Shown: positions 17,780-32,958 of the stretch, in pieces
Layout: every line of letters starts with the position of its first letter
How positions within the stretch are numbered: the stretch's first letter is position 1
NCBI RefSeq assembly: GCF_009914755.1
Contig: NC_060931.1
DNA: 64,000 nt
Source of the DNA: the human T2T-CHM13v2.0 reference genome, Homo sapiens
Strand: one strand, 5' to 3'
The notes under the pieces: generated by a model
Databases searched by the model: none
Told to the model about the DNA's origin: nothing
Seen by the model: only the letters and a program-made list of their open reading frames with translations
Program-made: the position numbers and the translations under genes

Positions 17780-19440
17780 AGTAAATAAACTGATGGGCAG
17801 AGAGTTCAGAAATAGACTCAAATATAACTTAGTGTATGACAAAACTGTTAGTTCAATATGAGAAAGGCAACTGACTTTTCAATAGTGGCTGGGGCAACTG
17901 GGTAGTCATCTAGGGCAAAAAAAAAAGAAAAAACTGTAGCTCTATCTTACTTACAATAGCAAATTAAATTTCAGTTGACTCAAAATGCACAAATCATAAC
18001 ATAAAGTCTTCAGAAGAAAATATAGATAATGATTTTCTTATTAGTGGTGTCCTCTATAAGACATGACATCTAAGGTAAGAAAATGTAAAGAAAAATGTTG
18101 AACATCCTGCTGACTTTTAAAAGAAGAGCAAGAAATTTTGAATTACATAAGTAGCTTAAAAAATTTAAGGTGCTACTGACAAAATGGAAATATACACCTG
18201 CAATATAATTTTGATAACAGTGAATTTAGTAGTTACCTTTATTATCATTATTATTTTATGTTTTTTATCATTTATAGGCATCATTTAATTTAATCATTTC
18301 AATAACTCTGTATTCCTATTTTACAAATGAAAGATACATAATTCTCAGTAAGCTTGTTCAAAGTCCTAGAGCTAGTAATTCTTGCACTACAGTTTGCACT
18401 AAGCTTGGATTGATTCCAAAGCCTATGTACTTAAAAATTATAATACTACATCATAAAAGGATAAATATCCATTTACACAAAAATTCCTACAATCAATGAA
18501 AACCAAAAAAAAGTATGTTAGAAAGAAAAATGGGTGAAGTATAAGAACAGATGACACTTTCTCTTTCTCTTTTAACCCCTTATTACTCATACATTGCCAT
18601 ATACATAAAAATTGGCACTAAGTAGTAAAAAAAAAAAAAAGAAAATATTTACTAATCAAAAACAAAACATAAAAATTAGAAACAAGACATTACTTTTTAC
18701 CTATCAATTTGGCAAAGATTAAGAAAACTGATTTATCTACTTTGAAGATAAAGTGAGGGAAATATCCTCCCTGGTACTTTTAATGGGAGTATAAATATGC
18801 ATAAACTTTTGAAAAGTATTTTGGAAACATTTACCAATGTTTTAGTTTATATATCCTTTGACTCAGAAGTCACATACAGGTACATTTCCTAAATTGCTGA
18901 TCAGATAAGCATGCAAATTTGCAGATAACATGCAGATAATTCATCACATTCAAAATGTTTCAAGAACTAGAAACAATTTGAATGTCCAGCATTATGGAAT
19001 TGGTTAAATAGAGTCCAGTCATGTATCCTGGTTTTCCTAGGACAATTCCAGTTCATGGCTCTTGTTTCATGATGACTGCAAATAGGGTTCCCTTTCACTC
19101 TCAAGTTGTTTCATTTTGAAAAAGTATAAGATCAGCTTATTTAAATATTTTAAACAATACATTTCTCTATGGTCATTGAAAATGACAATGTAAATCTCTA
19201 TCATCTGACATTAAATGTCTTATGTAACAGTTTTGAATTAAAAAGACAGTGTATAAAACAGGTTACAAAATATAACTACTATAGTTTTAAATATGTATAA
19301 ATGTGTATGCACACTCATCTATCTATTAGATATTTATTACTATCATAAATTAATAACTGGTGGGCTTCAGGCAGTTTTTTATTATTCATATTTTTATAGT
19401 TTGAACTTTACAATAAACATATGTCACAATAAATACAATG
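17780..19440 (+). mobile_element. Ancient L1ME 3' fragments with an interleaved MIR (about 18280-18450) and MER94
   Basis: Degenerate L1 motifs such as cctatcaatttggcaaagatt and atatcctttgactcagaagtc. Confidence 0.55.
19009..19139. mobile_element. MER94-like hAT-Blackjack MITE
   Basis: tcctggttttcctaggacaattccagtt...ccctttcactctcaag matches the recalled MER94 pattern. Confidence 0.6.
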
Positions 19441-20059
19441 AAGCTGTTTTCATTTGAGAAGAAAAGCAGGTCATGAACATGCAGATATCTGGTAAATCAG
19501 ATAATATTTTTAAAAAGTAAGTTAAACAAATTTCTTTGTGCCTATTAGATATTAAAGTAAACTCTTCAAGTTAAAATACATTTAGTTTCAATATAAAATA
19601 TTATTTTTATGAAAAGGCACAGAGGCTTATTAAATTCAATAAAAGTTAATCTTATTACTAATATTTAGTAAAGAGATATATGATGGATGGATAGATAGAT
19701 AAATAGGTAGAGGACAGTTCCAGAATTAAGCTACCAAGTATTTAGATAGATAAATAGATATAGTTCCAGAATTAAAGCTACCAAGTACTTCTTCCAGGAG
19801 CAGTTTGGCTTTTCCCCTGTGGCCTCTGCCTAGGCTGGTGTACCCTGTGGAGCACCGAACATTTGTGACGGGGCCAGCTGTGGCAGATGCTACTCCAGGA
19901 TGACTTGAAAGTAGGGCATCCTTAACCCATCTGAAGAGGGAAAATAGTGGCACGCAACAGTCTGCATAAGGGTTTTTCAGATACCTTCACCTGAATGAGA
20001 AACCTGCCTCTAACAGGACCTCAGATGTCTGATAGAGCTGTGTGACACCAAGATAAGTA

Positions 20060-21260
20060 ATGATGTCAGCAAGGTGGTAGAATAGGATAGTCTAGTGCTC
20101 AGCACTTTACAAAAATATCAATTTGAACCACTATCAACACAAAATAATACCTTCACAAGAGCTAAGAAAACCAAGTGAAAGATTACAGCATCTGGGTGTA
20201 ACAAATAAATAAGAAAAGACTGATTGAAGGGAATAAAAACAGTTTCTCATTACCCACATTATTCTTTCACTCATCCCAGGCAGTATGGCTCAGATACCTA
20301 TTGCATGGGAAAGGAGAATGAAATGAGAACCAGATTTTCCTCTTACCCCAACACAAGCCCCACCTCAGTAAAACTCAGTAATAGGCAGGTCCCCACAGCC
20401 TCATACTCCAGGCTGGTATCTGAAGACTTAGAATCCATCCAGGTCAGGCTCAAGCACCTGTAAATCTTCACTTCAGGCTGGCTCTTAACATATAGGCTCT
20501 AAGTCCACTGCTACAAACCAGGTAACAGGCTAGCCTGGCCATTGATCACACCATATTGTGTGAACAGAATCTCTGAATAAGCTGACTGATGAAGGGTTTT
20601 CTCTACTGAAGGCAATCTGTAAAGACTGGAATAAGTACCCACTTTTTCAGATGTACAGACAGTAATGCATGACCATAAGAATCATGAATGATCAACAAAA
20701 TGTAACACTGTCAAAGAAACATAACAAAGCATCAGTAATCAACTCTAAAAATGGAGATGTATGGACTGCCTGACAAATAATTCAAAATAATCCTACTGAA
20801 AAAGCTCAAATGAGCTGCAAGAGAATACATATAGAGAACTACATGACATCAGAAAAACAATACATAAACAAAATGAGAAGTAAAACAAAGAGATAGAAAT
20901 CATTAAATTCTGGAGCTAGAGAACACAATAGGTAAACCAGGAAATTCCATTAAGAGCTTCAACAGTAGACTCTCAAAAAGAAAGAATCAATGAACTTGAG
21001 ATAGGTCATTTGAAATTACCCAGTAAGAGGAACAAAAACTAAAAATAAAAAATAATGAAGAAACTATAAGACACTGTCAAGAGAACCTATATACATGTGT
21101 TGGGTATTTCAGAAAGAACATAGAAAGAGGCCGAAAGTGTATCTAAAGAAAACTTTCCAAATCTGGAGTAATTGATATCTGATTCCATGAGGCCCAGAGA
21201 ACCCCAAATATATTAAAGATATGTTCACCTAGACATAATCAAATTCTCAAAAGACACAGA
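20060..21260 (+). mobile_element. Old L1M 5'UTR plus ORF1 relic
   Basis: atgatgtcagcaaggtggtagaatagg 5' end; ORF1-like gagcttcaacagtagactc...gaatcaatgaacttgagataggtcatttgaaattaccc. Confidence 0.7.
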
Positions 21261-22328
21261 GTTTTGAAATTTATTCATATATGTACATATATATGCGTGT
21301 GTATATATGTATATGTAATATATTCAAACACTCCTCCATAAACCCTGCTGCCCCTTCCCATGCCACTGCTGGAAGAGAAGCCATGGTTAACAATTTTCTG
21401 CTTTTAAATAGCCTTTAAAAATAACCCAGTTAAAGGGAATTAAATGTGTACTAGTAAATTTCTGAAGCCACAGCTCTGCTGTAGACAGCATACTAAAATA
21501 TTGAAAATCTCTACCTTTGTCTCTAGCTGTAAGACCATAGGCAAGCTTCTTAACCTCTTGTGTAAAACAGAAATAATGGTGCTTTACCCTCAATGGTAAT
21601 TAAAATGCATTATCAGTTGCTTAGCATAGCACACAAATAGTGGCTAACTTTACTAGACTCCTGAACTCTATGAGAGAAGACCCCTCCTTTATTTTGTTTA
21701 CTGTTGTGTACTGGCAAGTGCCTGGCATATGACAGTACTGTCTCAAATTTTAGTTGACTGCCGAATGTAGAATTATTGACCTTAAAGTCGTGAATTCTAT
21801 TTTGTAAGCTTTTAAGCCTTTTCCCTTTGGTAAGTGTAATTCTCCTATCAAAAGAAACTTTGAAAAAGAATGTTATTGATGACATGACTTTCCATATTCA
21901 CCTAATGTGTTTTAATGGATTTTGGAGTATCAAAATGTATGTCCTCAATATCTTAATGTTATTTTCCTCTACTCAAAACTGGAAAAGGTCCTTATTTTCA
22001 GCTCAAATCCAGACTCTATTCTGGCATTGAAATTTCCATCATCAAGCTATACCAAACATGTCACTTAGACCTTTCAAAGTCTCAGCAGAAATTCCTGCTT
22101 TGAAGACCTCATTCTTATCACTCCTGGTGCACACCCATTTTCACTCCCTAGTAACCAAATGTGAATAGAGCTCTTGACCCATCCCTTCTCACAATCAGCC
22201 CCACCTTGAGGTCAAGGTCTTTATTAATCTCCATCAGACCATGAGACTCAAGGGCTGGCAATTTGTCTTTTTCCATCATTGCATTCCCAACCTAGTACAG
22301 TGTCCTTCATGAAATACACATTTGATGA

Positions 22329-22639
<311 letters not shown>

Positions 22640-24802
22640 GAAATCTTGAATTGTTAACTTTGGTTTCCTATGTGTCTTTTTTTCTAACGAGCCTCTAAAC
22701 ACCTGTAATATTTCTTTTGAATCTCCCACAACATCACTAAGATTCATAATAAATATTTATTCAGTTAAAAAACAGAAGGAATTATTTATTTTCTTGGAGC
22801 TTTACTTTTGGCATTTCAAAGACCAGTGTGAGACCAATTGCTAAACACCAATTGCTACTAAATCTTCTAAAACTGCTTTAAACCACCACTGCCTTCTGTT
22901 GTTTAGCTGTAGAATAGCTGAGAATTACAGTAGCTTTAATGGGAAAAGATAGTGAAATAACAAGAACTTTTTCTAAAATGTCTGAACTACCATAGCTCTT
23001 TGTCCTGTACTTACTGTTAGTGCTTTGAAAATGGGGACAAGAAGAAATTTAACTGATAGAAGAAGGATGGAGCTGAATTTTCTTGTAATATTGGATGCTT
23101 GACTTCTGTTTTGTCCATACACCAGATTTTTCATTTATTTTATGGAGAATAGACGTAAGAAAGTATTAATATGGAAGAATATACAGAAACAAAGCCAAAA
23201 TAAAGGCTTGAGGTTTGCCTGTCTTTTATTACATTTTTTTTACAATTTAAACTTGTTTGCCTGACAACTTTTAAATGGAAAAAGGCTGAAGGACAGCTGT
23301 AAAAGTCACTAGTTCTACAAATCAGAAATACGTTTGTGCTCCGTAAAACATCTGTCTTTTAAAGTTTTATCTTGAAATTTTCATATTTAGTTCTATTATT
23401 TATAATTAAAAGAAATAACATCTTCAAATATTTTGAAATTTTAAAATATAAATCAAGTAAGGTCATAGCTTTGAATAAGCAAAAATTCTCATCATAATGC
23501 AAATGTTAAAATTACTTTCAAAACTAAACATAAAAAAACTAAAAAGTTCATCTTATAGCAATAAACTTGTATCTGGATTACTTGATATCTAACTTAGTCT
23601 AGTTGTAATACTAAACAATCCACTTTTGATGACAGTGTTTAACATTCTTTCACTCATACTGAAATCAAAAACGTCACTGATATAGTCATATCCACTCTAC
23701 TATATCCATCTTTGCTCTAAAATTTTATGATCATATAGTTCTATTGAACAAATGGCTTTATTGCTACATATGGTTCTTTGCTCAGTGTAAAAAGAAAAAA
23801 TATAACTTGCATTATAACATTTATACCCTGTGAGTGCCTAGCTGATATATGGTACATATACAAATGTCTATACACAATGTTTCTACTTGCAAGATGAATG
23901 AGCAGTAAACATAGATGTTGCATGACTCGCTTAACCAGAAACGTCAAAAACTGACAAGCAGAAGGCTGACCTCAACCTCCATAATGAAAAATCATGATTA
24001 TTTAATCAACCGTTGTCAGCTTTTTAATGCTTAATTGCTGTGATTCCTTTCTCTTTCTAAATAAATATTCACTTTTATACCTAATTGATACTCATAATTT
24101 AGTATTCGAACCTAAAATGATCCTTAAGATTGCAAAAGCTCTAGGCCCCTTGAAACCTGGATTCTTCCTTGTGAGCAGTGATTGCCTTCATTTCTACTAA
24201 TATGTTTATGAGATCATGAGAAACAGTGTACACATTCACAACACAGTAAAACTGAAACCACAGATTTTTCCCACTGTTCTTGTAATTAATGAAACATATG
24301 ACTTGTTACAAACTGCCACAAAATTACTAGAAAGAATACAAGATTTTCTGAGTAATCTGAGAGAACGTTAATACGCTGTCACCTTGTTTACCCCCTTGAA
24401 TCAATAATCCCCAGAAAGTGAGTCAAAAATTTCCTTATCTCATGAGTACTTTGTTTCCAGGTTATTTGACTGTCATTCCTCTTCTTATCTGGCCAAGATC
24501 TCTCTTTCAGCTAGTGGGATACAATTTCCAGAAAACAATTAATCTGGATGTAAGGGGAATATGGATGACATATTTTGAGGAATCTTCAAGAGCATCAGGA
24601 ACAGCCCTGGCATTGGGGTGTTCAGAGTGCACTTGATCCATTAGAGCAGAGAATCAAAACCCAGGGGAACCAGAGATCTATAGTATACAAGATCATATAA
24701 GACTGTATGCAAAATTTTGAATGCACATTAGTGAGTACTTCGTTTGTTTTTTCATTGAGATAACTGAGATCCAAAAAGGTTATGAACCTTCAATATGGAA
24801 AA

Positions 24803-24805
<3 letters not shown>

Positions 24806-24845
<40 letters not shown>
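24806..24845. repeat. (CA)n microsatellite
   Basis: Directly visible. Confidence 0.97.
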
Positions 24846-24847
<2 letters not shown>

Positions 24848-24867
24848 ACATAAGCTACAGTAGAGAA

Positions 24868-25020
24868 GTTATAGTAAGATAGTAAGGAGGTAGTAAGATA
24901 AGGAGGTAGAGTCTAAGATAAGGAGGTAGAGTCTAAGGTAGTAAGATAAGGAGGTAAAGTCTAAGATAAGGAGGTAGAGTCTAAGGAGGCAGTAAGATAA
25001 GGAGGTAGAGTCTAAGGCTA
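24868..25020. repeat. Compound minisatellite (taagataaggaggtagagtc units)
   Basis: About five copies of taagataaggaggta(g/a)agtctaag with short variant spacers. Confidence 0.9.
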
Positions 25021-25243
25021 AAACATCCTGGGTTATGATCCTGGCTCTCCCACTTATCAGCCATGTGGTATCCAAAGGTTACTTGGACTCCTTATTCCTA
25101 AATTTTCTTATCTGTAAAATAGGGAAAATATTAGCATCTACCTAATAGGGCTTTTGGGAGGATCAAATGAATGAAAATATGTAAAGTCTTGGAACAATGC
25201 CTAGAATATGGTGAACGCTATGTATATGTTAGCTATTATTATT
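24990..25243 (+). mobile_element. MIR (near full length)
   Basis: cctgggttatgatcctggctctcccactta...tttcttatctgtaaaataggg...atatgttagctattattatt. Confidence 0.8.
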
Positions 25244-25300
25244 ATAAAATTCCGCTAGGCACTTGGAACAGAGTTTGAAACTTCAGGCTTCCAACTATGA

Positions 25301-25339
<39 letters not shown>

Positions 25340-25396
25340 TGGAGATAGGATAGAGAAGGCATTTTGTACCTGGAAAAAAATGTGTCTGGAAAATAA

Positions 25397-25712
<316 letters not shown>

Positions 25713-26333
25713 TAATAACTCTTATTTCTAGATGAAGGAATGGAAAATTTAAATATCTACTATTGCATGGAGTCTATAAAAATATTGAGGTTTTTAAAAA
25801 TTGATTTCAACTTAAAGAATTTTATAGAAAGAGTAACCTCTACAAATTTAGGTGCATCCTGAAACACACGCACACACAACTACAAAGCAGTCTACTTCTA
25901 TGAAATTAAATAAAAATACTTTTATGAAACAAGTAAGAAAACCAAAAAGAGAGCAAAGGCTAGTTCAAGGATATAACAAGGTACAATGGATGAGAGACGG
26001 GTGGGATAAGAAATAATTTCACAGAAATTGAAAACACAGCTGAAAAGACAAATATCAATCTTCTTTGGCAGCAATAAGAAGCAGAATTGGCGTTGTAGAA
26101 TATTGAGTTGGTGACATACTGGTCAAACTTGACAAGTTTCCCATAAGCCAGAGGGAAAGAGAAAACAATGAAGAACACAATAGATAATGAGAAGAAATAA
26201 GAAAGATGCAAACTAAGGATAACAGTTGTTCCTCAATATGCAAAAAAGAATGGAATCTAAAACAACAACAAAAAAACACAATTGCTATTTCCTTAGCTAA
26301 AAATCAAACAAACAATTAGAAAAATATAAATGT

Positions 26334-26630
26334 GGCTGGGTGTGGTGGCTCACGCCTGTAATCCTAGCACTTTGGGAGGCAGAGGTGGGTAGATCACCTG
26401 AGGTCAGGAGTTTGAGACCAGCCTGGCCAACATGGTGAAACCCCATCTCTACTAAAAATACAAAAATTAGCAGGGTGTGGCAGCGGGCAGCTACTCTGGA
26501 GGCTGAGGCAGGAGAATCGCTTGAACCCCAGGGGGCAGAGGTTGCAGTGCGCCAAGATCACACCACTGCACTCCAGCCTGGGTGAAAGAGTGAAACTCCG
26601 TTTCAAAAAAAAAAGAAAAGAAAAGAAAAA
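26334..26630 (+). mobile_element. AluS (Sx/Sq-like)
   Basis: gatcacctgaggtcaggagtttgagacc; TSD aaaaa(t/c)ataaatgt. Confidence 0.95.
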
Positions 26631-26639
26631 CATAAATGT

Positions 26640-27390
26640 TCTGTGTGGAGAACACTATAGAGGTTCCTCAAAACAACTAAAAATAGAACTATCATGTGAT
26701 CCAGGATTCTCACTTCTAGGTATATATCCCCCAAAAATAAAATCAATATATTGAAGAGATATCTGCACTCTCATGTTCATTGCAGCACTCTTCACTATAG
26801 CCAAGATTTGGAATCAACTTAAGTGTCCATCCACAGATGAATGGATAAACAAAATGTAGTATTTATCCACAATGGACTATTGTTCAGCAATAAAAAGAAT
26901 AAAATCCTGTTATTTGCAACAACATGGATGAGGCTAGAGGATATTGTGTGAAGTGAAAAAAAAGCCAGGCACAGAAACACAGACTTCACATGTTCTCACT
27001 TATTTGTGGGAGCTAAAAATTAAAACAATTGAACTCCTGGAGATAGAGAGTAGAATGATAGTTACCAAAGGCTGGGAAGGGTAGTAGAGGGAAAGGACTC
27101 GGGGAGTGGGGATGATTACTGGGTGCAAAAATATAGTTAGATAGTATTTGGTAGCACAATTGAGTGACTACAGTCAACAGTAATTTACTACATATTTATA
27201 AATACCTAAAAGAGTAGAACTCTAATGTTCCTATCACAAAGAAATGATAAATACTTGAGGCGATGGTTGCCCCAATTGCCCTGAAGTGATTTTTACACAC
27301 TGTATGCCTATATCAAAACATCACATGTACCACGTAAATATATATACCTACTATGTACACATAATAATTAAAAATAAAACATTAAAAAAA
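26640..27390 (+). mobile_element. L1MA4/5-like 3' end
   Basis: gaggttcctcaaaacaactaaaaatagaactatcatgtgatcc...tatatacctactatgtac followed by an A-rich tail. Confidence 0.85.
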
Positions 27391-27537
27391 TGTAAAAATG
27401 AGGTGGGATCATCACATGCCAGATTAACTCAGTGAAAAGAAAGCCACACTTTAATCTATGTAACTTTTTTCTTTTAGTTACAGGGCAAAAGAGAAACTCC
27501 TATCCGTGCTCAAGGGAAAAAATAATAACACACAAAA

Positions 27538-28188
<651 letters not shown>

Positions 28189-30399
28189 TGTTAAAAATAT
28201 AAAATCTAGCTATGTTCAAAACAACAAAATCTGATTTTACTTGCACTACTGCTATAGTGTCAGGAAACAACAAAGCAAACTCAATACCATTTGAATGCAG
28301 TAAAACTGTGTATTCGCAAACCCGAGATGAATTAACAGAAAATTTACTAGAGAAACAAAGAGAATTGAGAAACTAAAAGGGCTGTAGGATGTCTTCCCCA
28401 GGTTTATGCTGTTTTAGTTACATTATTCTGTAAACTGGTTAGTGCACCTACAGAATCATTCAATTTGGCTATGGTTTTTGTGTTAGCCACGGCTTAAAAT
28501 TATCCAGTTCCTCTTCACACTACCCATCTCCTTTAGTCATATTAAGTAATGAAAATTAAGGAACATTTATTTACGAGTCCTTGGTATGTTGGCAAAGACT
28601 GATCATACAAAAAAAATCACACCTCTTTTGCTCAAAAAATAAAAAAAGCTTTGATAAATTGCAAAATGCAGACATTATCATGCAATAAGCTTTGATAACT
28701 TAGAAAATAAACCTAGAAATTAAACCAAGATTGAAAAAAAAATAACCAAAACATCTGGAAGGTAAATTACTGCTCAGGAACTCTTGTAATACTTCAAGGA
28801 TTCAAATGTAAACTGATAATATGAACTGTACAAAGAGAAAAATGTCCCTGTTTCATGCTCAAGGGAATGTTTCCTTCTGGCCAGCCACCAACTTCCATAC
28901 ATCCTTCTCTCCTCAGGGATCAGATGGCTCTGCCGGGATGCCTTCCTTGTCTTTCTGCCAGCTTAGTGATTGATTATCTATCTTTATTACCAAGTCAATC
29001 TGTACACTGAATGTGGAATGGATTCAGCAGTCAAAGGAAGAAGTGGAAAAACAAGATATGATACGGCTTAGGTAAAAATCCGTTTTAAGCAGCAGCATCC
29101 TAAGTCTGTAGCAATCCCACTTGGCTGTACAAAGAGGTGAGCTTCTCTTGTTTTGCATGCAAATGCAGAGTGCTCTCAAATGCTAGAAATATGTTTTTTA
29201 CAGAGAGAGATATCAGCAGCCAAGTCACCCTCTTCACAAATATCCCCCCAAAACAATAAATTAAATGGTTACGTTAAGAGAAACAGATAATTTCCCTCTG
29301 TCCCTTCCAAAATGGAATGTTATGGTGTGGCCCCTATGACTGAACACCTAGAGGAGTAGCAGTCCGAGAGACAGGATAGGACTGGATACCCATACAACCT
29401 GGGAATAAAGCTAGAAAACTGGTTGTGTTTTTTCCAAAGAAGCAAAGCAGCTGTAGAACATTCAAGTCCAGTCAAAATGTAAGCTCAGAAATCAGCGGGG
29501 AAAATAAAACTGTATTAACGTCACATAACTAGAAAAAGCTGTTGGCAAAAGAGAAGATTTTAGATCTCCATTATAGGCCCAAAATGGCTGTTTCCTACTC
29601 CTAAGCAAACAATGACATTTGGTCTATTAAGAAAAAATGAAGGCCTTGAGAGAAAACAGGATGCATTTTTGTTTTTCCTTCTACTTCTTTATGAATATGA
29701 GGTGGGGAGACTTAAAGAGGAAGAGCCCAGGAAGGGTTTGTGGGAGAAAGAAATGTACGGAATGCCAGAATAAGATTTGGGAGAAGAGAATGTGTTGCAG
29801 GACAATAAATACTTTGAAGGTTTTCTGTTGTTTTCATTCTAAAGGGTGACATTCCAAATAAGAACAAAAATGAGCAATGGAGCTAAAGAAATCCTATCAG
29901 ACAGGTAAACTGTGGATATCGCAGGTGCTCTTCCTTTGTTCTGTTTTAGTGCTCCATGCTTATTCCTTAACACATTGTAATGTAATTGTTTGAAGGTGTG
30001 TGTCTATTTTCATTAGACTCAGAGACTCAGAGGCGGGTCACCTGCTTGTCTCTTGGTTGTGCAACTTCCTCATTGAAATTACTGGTCATAAATATTGTCA
30101 TATATATCCTCAAACCTCCAACTAACAGCAGAAATCCCCTGCAAGCTCTTAACTGAGACACCTTTGAATAGCTTCAGTGGCTATTCAAGTGGCCAAGAGC
30201 TCATTACCTATACAGATAATTTGGGTGATTTAATGGATTAACTCAACTACTCAATTGGGTAATTCAAATTATTACAATATACTAAACAAAATTCCCTTTC
30301 CTCCAGTGGTTTTATCACACAAAGCTAAACGGAATATATCTACTTTGCAGTGTCTCTTTAAAATCTAACTTCTGCTAGCATATATCCTCTTTGTCATCA

Positions 30400-30550
30400 T
30401 TATTATAAACAATTTACAGATGCAGAAACTGAGGCTGAAAAACATTAAACACCTTACCCAAGGTCAGATTGCCAAGGTTAATGGCTATTCTGGGACTTAA
30501 ACTCAGATCTCTTTTATTTCATAATTTATGAACATAAACACTATGCTGTC
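30400..30550 (-). mobile_element. MIR
   Basis: tttacagatgcagaaactgaggct...ccttacccaaggtca MIR core. Confidence 0.75.
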
Positions 30551-30639
30551 CTGAAAATAACTACATTTTCTTTAAAAGCATCTTCTTATAAGTGGCTTCT
30601 ACAGCACTATAAATCTCAAAATTCTTTCTCCATATACCA

Positions 30640-31400
30640 TTTAATTTGTCAGTTTCTTTCTCAAAATGTGGCCCTGAAATTAACAAAATGTTGTCAGTTA
30701 AAGACGGAGTTCAGGGGGATTATCACCAAATTTGGTTTGGACCCCAGAAGTCTATCTTAGTAAACTAAAATTGTGTGGGTGTTACCAAACTTGTATTTTG
30801 TGATAAACAAAAGTTTCAGATCATTTTTATATAAATTTCTTCAAAGAAAGATCTTCCCAATCTAGTTATAAAATTTATTGTTTTAACTAAAATGCAAGAT
30901 CATTTATCTTTGTTAAATGTCATCATTTTGTATTAAGCCTGCACAATCATTTTAAAATTTGATTGTGACATCTATCATATTAGCTAGTCTCTGAATTTTA
31001 TGTCATCTGCAAATTTGATAACCATGTTTTCTAAGCATTAAGTCATGTCATTGCTATAATATTAAAAGGACAAGATAAATCAGAGAGGTTACAAATATTC
31101 TATTAGAAATGGCCCTGAGTACAAAAAGAACTAAACTTGTCTGGAAAAATTGCTCAAATTTGTAGGACGGTGATCCAGACAATACTTCGCCATATTATTA
31201 ACCAAGAAACAAGAGTAACCTTTAGTTAAATGCTGTGTAGAAATTATCATACCCTACATGTCAACCTTTTCAAAACAGAATAATTTGTTCTTACATATTC
31301 TTAATTAATAAACCCATATTGGCTCCTGCTCACATCATCTTTTCTACAGGCTCAGAAAACATAGGGTTAGTAATACACCCTGAAGTTTTCAGGGAGCAAA
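30640..31400 (-). mobile_element. L3/CR1 LINE relic (RT region)
   Basis: The reverse complement of 30993-31019 reads IKFADDIKF, resembling CR1 LIKFADDTKL; flanks are CR1-like (aagtcatgtcattg...aaaggacaag). Boundaries are approximate. Confidence 0.65.
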
Positions 31401-31468
31401 TATCGTGTGTTTGGGGATCTTGTTTCTGGGAAAGGAAAACACAGGTCTTTCAGTGGAAGATACAGTGA

Positions 31469-31840
<372 letters not shown>

Positions 31841-32958
31841 TTAGTATTACATGATGGTCTTTCATTTTCATCAACAGACAAACCCTGACCATTTTATCAA
31901 CTTCACAATAATATGTGCCTATCTTTTATATGTTTGAATATTTTGAAACTTTCTCATTGTCTTACACATGTACAATGTAAGGGTGTTATGAAACCAGAAG
32001 ACAGACTATATAGAACTGGCATAGAAACAGTCTAAATTCCTTAATATTGCCAAAGCAATATGCCATTCAAAATACATCTTGTCATTTCAAACCTTCCTAA
32101 TAATTTACTATACTGGCCTATTCTTCAAAAAGATAAACTCATCATCCTATAGTACTTTATTTTAAAATCTATCTCCTCTTACAATAAGGATTTTTTAAAA
32201 GTTTTCCAATCAAAATCGTAGATTTAACCCAATATTATATTTGAACTCTTATTCAGTGAGCCTTGGTTTCAGCAGGTGGATGTGTGTAAGTCCTCATTTT
32301 ACATTTTATGATTTTTATTGATTTTGACCTTGCATGATTTAGCTATTTCAGTCTGTCTTTTGTTTCTTTTGAAATAGGAATTGGCCTTCTCTGAACCTTC
32401 TCTGGATCTCCAAGGTTTTGCACGTTTCTTAGGTATGTTAATTAGGCATTCTTGAAGTGTTGTCCCAGTGGGGATGCACTGATGACTTAGGTCATTTGAG
32501 TCTTCTCCATGCAATGGGAACGTGAATCTTACTGCAGTTCCGTCACGTTCCACATGATGGTGGCCTTGTCTCCGCAAACCGGACTTCAGGTCCCTGTGTG
32601 CTAAGTTTATTGGCCTCAATTTCAAGCTCTGGTAATAAAGCAGCTGTCAACTTGCCAGAGCCCCTGTGAAACAGCTGGGATTCTCAACTTGGGCTACATC
32701 CAACACCTGTGGCTACGATACAGGGATTGTGAGAGAGAGGACGCTTGACGAAGAGCAATGGGACTGTCTGAACATTCTCAAATTCTAATTTACTCAAGCA
32801 TGTTTGGTTTTGAGTTTTACTTTTCTGTAGAATATTTTCCTAAAACAATTCAAATGTTGAGGATAGAGGATTGAGGTGCATAGTGAAAATTTAAATAATG
32901 CTGTGTTCTATACTGTGCTTATTAGGCTTTACTTCTAATCATTTACCTGTCTCTAGAG

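Noticed and set aside
25960-26279. Hydrophobic minus-strand ORFs resembling membrane proteins
   Set aside because: They are the antisense of A-rich sequence that looks like a decayed L1/HAL1 ORF1 coiled-coil region; T-rich codons give Phe/Leu/Ile by default.
32299-32625. Minus-strand ORF containing LAHRDLKS, like a protein-kinase catalytic loop
   Set aside because: The invariant Asn of HRDLKxxN is missing, there is no DFG or other subdomain nearby, the start is non-ATG and there are no convincing splice sites; treated as chance.
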